A DNA stretch of 47,967 nt from a virus. Taxonomy: Duplodnaviria; Caudoviricetes. Shown here one piece after another: positions 37,287 to 45,822 of this stretch (position 1 is the first letter of the stretch; the number at the start of each line of letters is the position of its first letter). Under the pieces are notes generated by a model. It was not told where the DNA came from. It saw only the letters and a list, made by a program, of their open reading frames with translations, and searched no databases. The DNA lies in IMG/VR virus record IMGVR_UViG_3300030202_002181, positions 1 to 47,967 of that record. The stretch is one strand, 5' to 3'. Position numbers and translations under genes: made by a program.

Positions 37287-40200
37287 TCATGCATCTAAAT
37301 CGTTGTACTGCTCTTCCTTTTCCTTCTTTTCTTTAGGCTTCTTAGGATAGTCGGATGGCTTTTCTGGGTCTTCTTCAGGTCTTTCCTTCATGTCCCAGTC
37401 GGGTATGGCGTGCTCAGAAGTTAGACTAGTTGGTCCTCTAGGACTAGCTATATCAGAACCAACGTCTATTCCCAACGCCCTACCGCCACTCATAGGATAA
37501 TGACCACTGCCTGCTTTTTCCAAAGCCTCCAATGCTTTCTCCATTATCAGCAAGGCCTTCAGGGTGTCTTTTGGTTTCAACAGAATGTTCTTGTCCTTCT
37601 TGGGTTTGAGTAGACCACCGCTCTGATGCTCTATTCTCTTAGCGCGTTCTTCGGTCATACCGTCTTTTGCATTGTTCTCATCCCAATCTGCTCTATCTGC
37701 GTTAGTGCTAAGATAATCAAATTCTTTTTTCTCTTTCAACAATTCATTGAAACCTTGTCGCCAATAAGGTTCTAGACTGTTAGCGAGTCTTAGAGAATAA
37801 TCCGACTTGGTTATACTACCTATAGCCGCCATTGGATTTACAGGCTCGTTATCGACTATCTCGTACTTGACTAAATCCTCTGGTAAATGTATTACAAAGT
37901 GACCTCTATCGATTTCCATAGCAAAGGGAATGTGTATGTTCTCTACCGCCTTTGCAAGCAAAACCCACTTTGGATGCCTCTCCTCTCCTTTCATATACGT
38001 AGACTTAGCATCCCTCAAGAGTAATTTTTGCCCATCACCGCCGAGGTCCTTGATAGCATCCTCGAAACCAACCTCATCAGTAACACGTATGGATTCGGGG
38101 CTAGGGACATGAACAGGCTCATGACTTTCGAACTGTCCCCTCAGTAACTTAACTCGCTCTCTAGTAGTAAGGTCAGTGACATCCGTCTCCTCGTACAGCA
38201 TTATGTCGTTTATGTGCAAATCATCACCGACTATGGTGCAATCAATGACATAATCCCTCTCACAGACCTTCCTGAGTGATGCTCTTATCTCATCATCGAC
38301 GCCGACTTTCTCGCCATCCTCATCAGTGATATCTATTCTTTTTCCCTTTCTCTTCACTTTCACTCTCTTACCATCGTGATACTTCGATATGACCCACTCG
38401 CCAGTAAAGCCCCGTAGTTGCTCCATATCCTCAATCTCAAATATTCTGTGAAGCGGGTCAATGAGTGGCAGTTCCTTAGGAAGTTCCGCTTTCAGCATTT
38501 TTCCAACCTGATAGAAATCATCAACCGGTGCCTCACCGGTATTCTGGTTTATTCTCATTTGGTTGTTCTGCAAAGCAGAGAGTTGTGATAAACCGGGACT
38601 GGAAAGCAGTTCATCGACATACTCTGGAGTGTCTTGGAACAGAGCCCGTATCCAAGGCTCGCTGACTGAGTTTAGCAATTGCTCATTCGGCATGTTGGCA
38701 CCAACCACAGGAGTATTTTGTGAACCCATAAACTCGTGACCGATGGTCGGTGACATGGGATATCCGTAGTCCATTCTGCCTGAGTTGAAAGCCGGGACCA
38801 CTGTGTTGCCCTCTAGACTGGATACTGGTCTTATCGGTACGGTCATCTTACCATGGACTGGTTTTGTTACACCACCAGCACTGGCATCCTCTAGAGGACC
38901 GGATTGTCCCTCGTCAAATGTGTAAATGCCGTTTGACATTGCTTGGTAATATGCTTTCATTCTTTTCGATGAGGCCTGAATGGGAAAAGCACCTCGGCTT
39001 GATTTACCTCTAGGAGGCAATGGATGGGGGTGCACTTCTAAACCGTATGTGGTTAAATCACCTCTTTCTCTAAATTTTGGACTTCCTAAACGAGTAAGCG
39101 CACTCATCGCCCCATACTCGGGATTTGCCATGTTCAATGGTATAGAGTCTTTAGAATACGGATGATTCTCAAAATCTCCGATATGCTCCCTCATTGGTCT
39201 GTCTATATCCTTGAACTCTGAGAAGTCTTCACCGGCGATGTCTTCACCCATGCGCAGTATCTGTCCAAATGTGGCGGCTTTAGTGGGACCAACCAATTTA
39301 CCCAACATCTCCTCAACTTGTAACCTATGGGCATCGTTGTCACTGTCTGGCATCTCAAGTAGTTCCATAGCCTCATCAATTTCTTCCTCAGTTACGTTTT
39401 TAGGGTCTTCCGGGGGATTCAACACAACAGCGTTATCCCTGAGTGTGGTTGCTAGTTCCTTGTGTGGAGACTCCTGTCCTCTGTTTTGCAGTACCTGCTC
39501 CAGACTGTCCCTCGTCCCCTCCCTCTCATGATAACCTATAGTAGAGAGGTCATGGTCACCGTCCACCATTAAACCGCGACTAGCGTCATAAGCCAAGCGC
39601 ATGATATTAGCCATCGCGGTGACAGGGTCGAGAGTGCTGAAAGCATCAGGGTTCTCCTTGAGTATCCCCGGCAGTAACTTTGTTCTGGCGTATGTTACTG
39701 TTGCTCTCAAGTCAGCGTCCAGCTTTTCATAGAAATCATCACCAAATCTACCATAAGCATCCTTACGGGTATCGAGTTGGCCCATCTCTATATTTTCTTG
39801 AGCGGCTCTCAGTCGCTCCATGTCACCTCTGAGAATCCTCAATTCTGCTTGTCTGTTACTCGTAGGAATCTCACCGGATTCGAGTTGTCTAATACGGGCC
39901 TCTACTTCTAGCATCTCACTTAGGATGTTCTTAAATTCTTGAGTTTCATCAATATTCTTCTTTTCACCAACTAACGCGAGATACTCAGGGTGACGGTCAG
40001 GCCTTGGTCCCAATTCTGGATTATCGTACAATTCCTTAAAGTTTCTAACAAGTTTATCCGAGGGATTAGCAGGGTTGCTACCCCTGCTAAGAGAGAAATC
40101 TAATCTGTGAGCGGCTCCTCCCCTGTTCATCAGTGAAGCATCGCCCCTTGTAGAACCTATACCAGCAAAAGGGTGGCTTTGTTGGAAGTCTGCCGCAGTC

Positions 40201-42500
40201 TCTCTATTGAATTTTAAATCTTGAAAATGAGTATCCTCAGTTGGTAACTCATCATGGAGGCTCGCCATGAGTTCTGGGAAATAAGTCGTCAAGTCATCCG
40301 TGTAGTTGTTATGAGAGCTTCTAGTCTTAGGACGTTCTCCGACACCTCTTTTTGAAACACCGTGTCTAGTCGATATCTGTGCAGGTGTGAGAGGAGTTGA
40401 CTGCTCAGACATGAGAGGACTGATTAGCAGACCTCCGTATGCACCGACATTGTCGTTATCGAGAATAGTTTTATCCTTGCCTTCGGGGTGTGCTGGGTCG
40501 TTAAATATGAGATAGTTAGAAAGGAATTCGTTGTACGTTGCTGGGTCCTTACCAAGACCACCCCTATCACCGAAGTACTTGGTCATCAAATGACCCAACC
40601 CCCTCCTCTTACCATCCATGAAGATATAGTGGTCATCGTGCCCATCAGGTAAATCGGATGCTCTAGGCGGCGCATGGCCCGACCTTAGGAATCCCTTTGC
40701 ATTCTTGATATCCTTGGACTGCATACCCAAAGAGACACTTCTGTCATATTGTTTCAGTGCTCTTTCAACGTCATCCTTGGGCAACAAGGGTCCTTCATAT
40801 AACTCACCGGGGATTGTTGGATGCTCATCTAGTTCATTCAGTTCACTGTCGTACCCGGCGAGACTCAGAAATCCATCTCTGGATAGTTGCGCCTGATTTG
40901 ACCTATTAGCATGAGCCAGAAATCCCTCTGCTGGAGAATCGCTTGTCTCCAAGTGCGCATTTACAATCGGGTGATTAAAATCATCATGGGCGAATAATTC
41001 ACCCAACTGTATAGCCTCATTAGGGTCTTCCACATTTTTATTGAGCACTGAGTTCAATTCTTTCAGTAACTTATCGTAAAGTTTTGCCTCTCTCAGAGCG
41101 GTTGCCATACCACCTTCAGTGCCTTTGAATTTAGTGTCATCTTCGGATTCTATGGTCTTTGGCACATTAGCGGGTCCTGACTTTTGATTCCTGCCGAACC
41201 AGTGGTACTCAGCCCCAGTATTCATCTCTAGGTTCTTCTTGAGTCTAGTCATAGGGAACTCCTTACCATCGGATAACTTGACTAATTGACGTTCAGGGTC
41301 ATCAGTCGTATGCTTATTGATGTGCTGAAGCACCTTGGTTCGGTCCTCCGGCTTCAAGAAGTACAAGCCCTTCATCAGAGTGTTCCAACCCATGGAGTGG
41401 CTGTGTCTCATGCTATATGGCTCAGCAGCTTCTGGATTCCGAGTCCTGAGGTCATCCGCCTCTTGCTGCGATAAACCCTCAGTCGGGTAAACAGTCGTAG
41501 TGGCAGTGCCACCTCTTGACATCTTGTCCATCCTATCTTTGAAGTGCTGCATCTGCATGGCCCTCTCTTTATTCTCTTCCGATAGCCCAGAGAATTTTTC
41601 CTCAAGAGCAGCCATGTCAGTCCCCTCCTCTTCCTTCCATCTCTCGTAATCGTTGATGCGTGTCGTTTCCATGTGGTCATACGGACTATCCACATCATTC
41701 GACGTAGGTCCACCGAAGAAGGAGAAGGCTCTCTCACCCTCACGTCTATCGACACTGTCGTAAATCGGAGAGCCTTTTTTCCTGTGATGCTTCTCATGAG
41801 CGTTCTCGGCTCTCATAGCTTGTTTGGCGAAGGACTCCTCCTCAGGAGCCTCTACCATTTTCTCATGAAAGTCATCCTCCCACCATGGTGTTTCATCATG
41901 ACCGAAGTACTTCTCAAAGAGCATGGACTCATAGGTGGGTCTACCAGTAACGATGTTCTTCATTCTCAGAGGGTGAACATCCGGGTGGAATGGGTGGTGA
42001 ATAGAATAGTCTTCTCCAGCATCAGGTTTGGCACCGGGCCATTCACCATGCGCCATGCCAATGTCGTGATTACCGGTTATTCTGTCCTCCATCCCTATTA
42101 CTTGCCCACTTTCATCAATCACAGTTTTCCTATAAGGATGACTGGTCACATGCTGAGATAGAAGCCTAGAGAGGTTCCTTTCCCCAAGACCGAGGGTTCT
42201 ATCCTTTTTTCTCTTTTCCTCTGCCTGCCTAACTTCTGGCAGACTAGCGAATCTATCCTCATCGCCCTCAAGCATCTGAATTAATTCGTTTGGTGATAGC
42301 CTTTGTTTTAGAATATCAGTAGCGGCCTTCAAACAGAGTAAATCGTCATTCGTGGCTTCATAGTCTATACCTGAGCGTATGATGTTGTCAACGGAGAGAA
42401 GGTAGTGACCTGCTTCTTCCTCATAATCATATCCAAGTGTTATTGACTTGAGGAGGTCTATTCTGTTTCTTTCAAGAACCTGTAGACCGTCTTCACGCAC
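37287..42500 (-). CDS. Large head-module protein (1737 aa) with a C-terminal degenerate ATP-dependent DNA ligase-like (nucleotidyltransferase) domain
   Basis: WVISKYHDGKRVKV, YVIDCTIV, LHINDIMLY, LTTRERVKLL and LLLRDAKSTYMKGEERHPKWVLL align in order with ligase motifs I-V. The N-terminal ~1330 aa are not recognised. Confidence 0.75.
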   Translation of the reverse strand: MREDGLQVLERNRIDLLKSITLGYDYEEEAGHYLLSVDNIIRSGIDYEATNDDLLCLKAATDILKQRLSPNELIQMLEGDEDRFASLPEVRQAEEKRKKDRTLGLGERNLSRLLSQHVTSHPYRKTVIDESGQVIGMEDRITGNHDIGMAHGEWPGAKPDAGEDYSIHHPFHPDVHPLRMKNIVTGRPTYESMLFEKYFGHDETPWWEDDFHEKMVEAPEEESFAKQAMRAENAHEKHHRKKGSPIYDSVDRREGERAFSFFGGPTSNDVDSPYDHMETTRINDYERWKEEEGTDMAALEEKFSGLSEENKERAMQMQHFKDRMDKMSRGGTATTTVYPTEGLSQQEADDLRTRNPEAAEPYSMRHSHSMGWNTLMKGLYFLKPEDRTKVLQHINKHTTDDPERQLVKLSDGKEFPMTRLKKNLEMNTGAEYHWFGRNQKSGPANVPKTIESEDDTKFKGTEGGMATALREAKLYDKLLKELNSVLNKNVEDPNEAIQLGELFAHDDFNHPIVNAHLETSDSPAEGFLAHANRSNQAQLSRDGFLSLAGYDSELNELDEHPTIPGELYEGPLLPKDDVERALKQYDRSVSLGMQSKDIKNAKGFLRSGHAPPRASDLPDGHDDHYIFMDGKRRGLGHLMTKYFGDRGGLGKDPATYNEFLSNYLIFNDPAHPEGKDKTILDNDNVGAYGGLLISPLMSEQSTPLTPAQISTRHGVSKRGVGERPKTRSSHNNYTDDLTTYFPELMASLHDELPTEDTHFQDLKFNRETAADFQQSHPFAGIGSTRGDASLMNRGGAAHRLDFSLSRGSNPANPSDKLVRNFKELYDNPELGPRPDRHPEYLALVGEKKNIDETQEFKNILSEMLEVEARIRQLESGEIPTSNRQAELRILRGDMERLRAAQENIEMGQLDTRKDAYGRFGDDFYEKLDADLRATVTYARTKLLPGILKENPDAFSTLDPVTAMANIMRLAYDASRGLMVDGDHDLSTIGYHEREGTRDSLEQVLQNRGQESPHKELATTLRDNAVVLNPPEDPKNVTEEEIDEAMELLEMPDSDNDAHRLQVEEMLGKLVGPTKAATFGQILRMGEDIAGEDFSEFKDIDRPMREHIGDFENHPYSKDSIPLNMANPEYGAMSALTRLGSPKFRERGDLTTYGLEVHPHPLPPRGKSSRGAFPIQASSKRMKAYYQAMSNGIYTFDEGQSGPLEDASAGGVTKPVHGKMTVPIRPVSSLEGNTVVPAFNSGRMDYGYPMSPTIGHEFMGSQNTPVVGANMPNEQLLNSVSEPWIRALFQDTPEYVDELLSSPGLSQLSALQNNQMRINQNTGEAPVDDFYQVGKMLKAELPKELPLIDPLHRIFEIEDMEQLRGFTGEWVISKYHDGKRVKVKRKGKRIDITDEDGEKVGVDDEIRASLRKVCERDYVIDCTIVGDDLHINDIMLYEETDVTDLTTRERVKLLRGQFESHEPVHVPSPESIRVTDEVGFEDAIKDLGGDGQKLLLRDAKSTYMKGEERHPKWVLLAKAVENIHIPFAMEIDRGHFVIHLPEDLVKYEIVDNEPVNPMAAIGSITKSDYSLRLANSLEPYWRQGFNELLKEKKEFDYLSTNADRADWDENNAKDGMTEERAKRIEHQSGGLLKPKKDKNILLKPKDTLKALLIMEKALEALEKAGSGHYPMSGGRALGIDVGSDIASPRGPTSLTSEHAIPDWDMKERPEEDPEKPSDYPKKPKEKKEKEEQYNDLDA

Positions 42501-42512
42501 TTAATCACCTTC

Positions 42513-42659
42513 TCACCTCATCGCCGGTGCATATTGTGCGCATTGGCTTAAACTCATTCCATCATGGCCGGGTAGTTTACAACCTTCGTATGCATTTGCA
42601 CCGCATCTCGCGCAAGGACTCATTACGGCTGGTGCCTTAATCACTGCTATCTTACCCAC
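42513..42659 (-). CDS. Small Cys-rich (Zn-finger-like) protein, 48 aa (not in the ORF track)
   Basis: GTG 42659 gives MGKIAVIKAPAVMSPCARCGANAYEGCKLPGHDGMSLSQCAQYAPAMR*. It fills the gap almost exactly and has a GAGGG SD. Confidence 0.75.
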   Translation of the reverse strand: MGKIAVIKAPAVMSPCARCGANAYEGCKLPGHDGMSLSQCAQYAPAMR

Positions 42660-42661
42660 GT

Positions 42662-43282
42662 TTATCCCTCTGTCAAGTGACCGGGTGCAGGGGTATCATG
42701 TGGATTCTGGTTTCTATTCAAAGACTCTAGGTTTACAGTAGATGAAGATGCGCCTTTGTTAGCAACGTCTTCTGAATCTAGTAGACTGTTGTTGGTGCTG
42801 TATTGTTGATGATATGTGTTGCCACCGGTCTCAATCATAAATTGAGTTGACTCAGGATTTGTGTTGAAGGTCTGTATCTTGTGTTGTGAGCCTTTCTTCA
42901 TGTCGACCGCTGCCTTACCCGTGCAACCCATCTTCATGCACATGCCTTTCTCCATATCCATCTTCTTCTCACCACAGGTAGCGCACATCCCCATGCCCTT
43001 TCCCTTCTCGACTTTGTCGTGAGCCTTATCACACTGTGCCTTTTCTTTTGCCGTGCACTCAGAGTATTTCTTACCGAAGTTCTTCATGCAGTACTTGTCT
43101 TTTTCACCCATGTCTGCTTTCTTCTTCTCATCTTTGGTACCCTTACCATCTGCTGCGAATGCTGGAACTTTCTTACCCTCATGTTCGACCATGTCAAGTT
43201 TCTCAGCCTTCTCTAGTAGGCTTTTGGCTCTCTTTAGCAGTTCATATGCCTCGCCTGAGGCTGGGCTTGGTATAGGTCTCAT
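42662..43282 (-). CDS. Lys/Met/Cys-rich hypothetical protein (206 aa), possible internal head protein
   Basis: Short modules separated by K-A/K-G. Cys clusters. Located in the head module. Confidence 0.7.
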   Translation of the reverse strand: MRPIPSPASGEAYELLKRAKSLLEKAEKLDMVEHEGKKVPAFAADGKGTKDEKKKADMGEKDKYCMKNFGKKYSECTAKEKAQCDKAHDKVEKGKGMGMCATCGEKKMDMEKGMCMKMGCTGKAAVDMKKGSQHKIQTFNTNPESTQFMIETGGNTYHQQYSTNNSLLDSEDVANKGASSSTVNLESLNRNQNPHDTPAPGHLTEG

Positions 43283-43283
43283 T

Positions 43284-43625
43284 TTAATACAACTCCTTTA
43301 CTTCTCTTGTTTGGTCAGCCATCTCGTGTATTTCTGACCAAGTTAGATTATGAATTTCCTCATTGGTGTAATCATTGGAATCAGCCTTTACAATAGCGCT
43401 TGAACTTTCTACGGGTAGGTCCCCACGTAGCGGGTCGTAACCCACATCTTCGCTCAAGGGAGTGCTGGCTGACACGTAACCTGCTTTTCTGAGAAGCGCT
43501 TGAGGAGAGTTGAGCATCTTTCTTAGAGCAACGTTCTCCGCTTTGAGAATCTGAACATCGTTATCCATGCTCTCCATCTTTGAGATGAGAGTGTTCATTA
43601 ATTTCTCAGCGCCGTTTTCTTCCAT
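43284..43625 (-). CDS. Small coiled-coil protein (~113 aa) sharing the scaffold C-terminal motif
   Basis: EEIHNLTWSEIHEMA matches the protease-scaffold EDLARMSWSEVHNLA. ATG 43625 has a GGTGAG SD; the track start is GTG 43634. Confidence 0.75.
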   Translation of the reverse strand: MEENGAEKLMNTLISKMESMDNDVQILKAENVALRKMLNSPQALLRKAGYVSASTPLSEDVGYDPLRGDLPVESSSAIVKADSNDYTNEEIHNLTWSEIHEMADQTREVKELY

Positions 43626-43630
43626 CAGTT

Positions 43631-43996
43631 TCACTCACCGGGTCCGATGTATCTACCAAATGTGCTTCTTGCTTTCTGCATTCTTGAGTTTGTTCGTGCT
43701 GACATGATTGTTCCGGGTAACTGAATATCTCTGTTTGCTGGGTCAAAAGATGAGCCAGATTCATTGAAAGACGCGGTTGGCACTGCATTAGCGTAAACAG
43801 TCAGAGGGTCAGATGCGACTTCCTCTGCTTTTTTGATTGCGTAAACTAGGTCTTCCTCCAAGTAGGAACTGAGTTTCTTTATCTCAGATAGGTGCATTCT
43901 AGCAGCCTCTGGTTCCCCCGCTTCTATGGCCTTGGCAAAGGCCTCATTATGTACGTTCATTTTTCTCGCCATAGGGTGCATCTTGACTAAGTCCAT
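43631..43996 (-). CDS. Hypothetical protein (121 aa), head module
   Basis: ATG-started ORF packed after the portal; helical N-terminal half. Confidence 0.7.
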   Translation of the reverse strand: MDLVKMHPMARKMNVHNEAFAKAIEAGEPEAARMHLSEIKKLSSYLEEDLVYAIKKAEEVASDPLTVYANAVPTASFNESGSSFDPANRDIQLPGTIMSARTNSRMQKARSTFGRYIGPGE

Positions 43997-44034
43997 GGTA
44001 ATCTCGCCCTGCTCGTAAGCGTCACGACTTTTAA

Positions 44035-45822
44035 TTATGCACCCCGAAACCGTCTCGCATTCATTAAAGCACGACTATTTTGCTCCTGTTGGGAAGGTTG
44101 CATTCCTCGCTGTTGAACTGAGGATATTGGAGAGCCTGAACCGGGGGTTGACCTTCGAGCCGGAGCAGCAGGACCTCTAGGGCTTCTAATGCCAACTCCC
44201 TCTCCTCCGGGCTGTGAGGGAGGCATTACTTGTCTAAGCATATTCGGTGGAACCTGTCGATTCAGACCGGTTGCCCCTATAGGTCCCCCCATCATCGGAG
44301 GCGCCTGACCGGCTGGCATACCCATACCACCCATAGGCGGACCACCCGGTGGCATACCCGGCGGCATACCCGGAGGCATGCCCTGTTGCATAGCTTCCTC
44401 AGGTGGTAATTTCTTGTAGGAGAATCTAATATCCCTATCTCCCTCTTCAAGTAGTTCAGGCTTGTAACCAAGCATTTGCATTCTTTGAGCGAGGTTGACT
44501 TCCATCTCATCCCTTCTGAGTCTGGTTATCTCATCCTCTTCTTCATTTGGATATAGTGTAATCTTCCAATCTGTAATGCCCATCTGTCGCAACATTCTTG
44601 GGAATAATATGTCTGTGTATACTTTTTGACCAAACTCAACTGCCCTGTTCGTGACTAAAATTTGCATGCCCTCATTACCAAGGCCACCGCTCTTTCCACT
44701 GTCTATCATGAAAATGCTACTAACCCCATAGAACGCAGCAATCCTGTTTCTCATTTCATCTCTTACAGCAGTATACTGCATTTCTTCAAGAGTATCCATG
44801 AACTTGACCCAGTTTACTCCCCCTCTACCGGTCTGACTTTCAATACCTACTTTAGGTATGTAGTGGGGGTCCCTCTCCATCTTCTCATCAACTGCTTTCC
44901 AGAAAGATTTCATCGACTCTAAGTTATCAGTGGTCACGGATATGATACCTTTTGGAGTCCTTCTTTTCTGGTATGCAGTATACATGTAATTGTCCATTGC
45001 TGTGAGGGTCATGGCTTGTCTCCACATCGTGTTGACTGGGCTTCTACCATACAATTTACTCGGTGAGTACTTGCTGACGTGAATCACTTCACCCTCTAGA
45101 TAATACTGGGTCTTACCGCTACCAGCCATGTTGGCATAATGAGCATCCTGCATGTGATTGCCACATACAGTGCACTTCTCTTCTTGACCGGGGTAAGCAA
45201 CTTGGTCTCTATGGATTGGGCATACTTTGTATCTACCACCTCTGACCCCCCTCTTATCAGATATAATTCTCATGAAGATAGGGTCACCGCGAATAACCTC
45301 CTTGATTCTGTAGTGTTGTATCTCTCCTGTGTCTGGGTCAATAAAGTAGTCTTTGACTAATATTAGGAAAGCATCATCAACCACATTGAGGTCCTTCTCT
45401 ATTTCGAACATGACTTGCATGAAGTTCTGTTCCATTTGATTCTCGCCTTTTAGCAACCACTTTGCATACGTGGTCTGATGAGGGTCAGGACCCCTTACCT
45501 CACCACCACAGATGTCACAAGCATCTACCTCAAATTGATATTCTTCATCACACTCAACACACTTTTTCTGGAACTTCTTCTCCCAGTAATATCCTCTCCT
45601 GAATATCTCCTGTTGTAATTTTGAGATAACAGTTCTAAGAATAAGATTTTCATGAGAAACTGCGTAAAGAGCGGGTATAGTTATCCCTTGAGCCAGAACT
45701 GGCTCTTGTATACCAGTTGTATAGAGAGGCATCTGGGGTTGAGGGGTAGAGCGGATTCTGAATGGACTCCTTATCGCATCTATAAATCGGCCTACTGGTC
45801 CCCTCTCTGCTTCATCAACCAT
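44035..45822 (-). CDS. Portal protein with two Zn-ribbon insertions and a Pro/Gly/Met-rich tail (~595 aa)
   Basis: EVIHVSKYSPSKLYGRSPV, TPKGIISV and RNRIAAFYGVSSIFM are HK97-type portal motifs. ATG 45822 overlaps the upstream TAA and has a GGAGG SD. Confidence 0.9.
   Translation of the reverse strand: MVDEAERGPVGRFIDAIRSPFRIRSTPQPQMPLYTTGIQEPVLAQGITIPALYAVSHENLILRTVISKLQQEIFRRGYYWEKKFQKKCVECDEEYQFEVDACDICGGEVRGPDPHQTTYAKWLLKGENQMEQNFMQVMFEIEKDLNVVDDAFLILVKDYFIDPDTGEIQHYRIKEVIRGDPIFMRIISDKRGVRGGRYKVCPIHRDQVAYPGQEEKCTVCGNHMQDAHYANMAGSGKTQYYLEGEVIHVSKYSPSKLYGRSPVNTMWRQAMTLTAMDNYMYTAYQKRRTPKGIISVTTDNLESMKSFWKAVDEKMERDPHYIPKVGIESQTGRGGVNWVKFMDTLEEMQYTAVRDEMRNRIAAFYGVSSIFMIDSGKSGGLGNEGMQILVTNRAVEFGQKVYTDILFPRMLRQMGITDWKITLYPNEEEDEITRLRRDEMEVNLAQRMQMLGYKPELLEEGDRDIRFSYKKLPPEEAMQQGMPPGMPPGMPPGGPPMGGMGMPAGQAPPMMGGPIGATGLNRQVPPNMLRQVMPPSQPGGEGVGIRSPRGPAAPARRSTPGSGSPISSVQQRGMQPSQQEQNSRALMNARRFRGA
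44346..44383 (-). repeat. Tandem 12-bp repeat encoding (GMPP)x3 in the portal tail
   Basis: Plus strand reads ...CCGGTGGCATACCCGGCGGCATACCCGGAGGCATGCC... Confidence 0.85.

Noticed and set aside
37287-42500. Functional replicative DNA ligase (lig)
   Set aside because: Key catalytic residues of motifs I, III, IV and V appear substituted, so no gene symbol was given.
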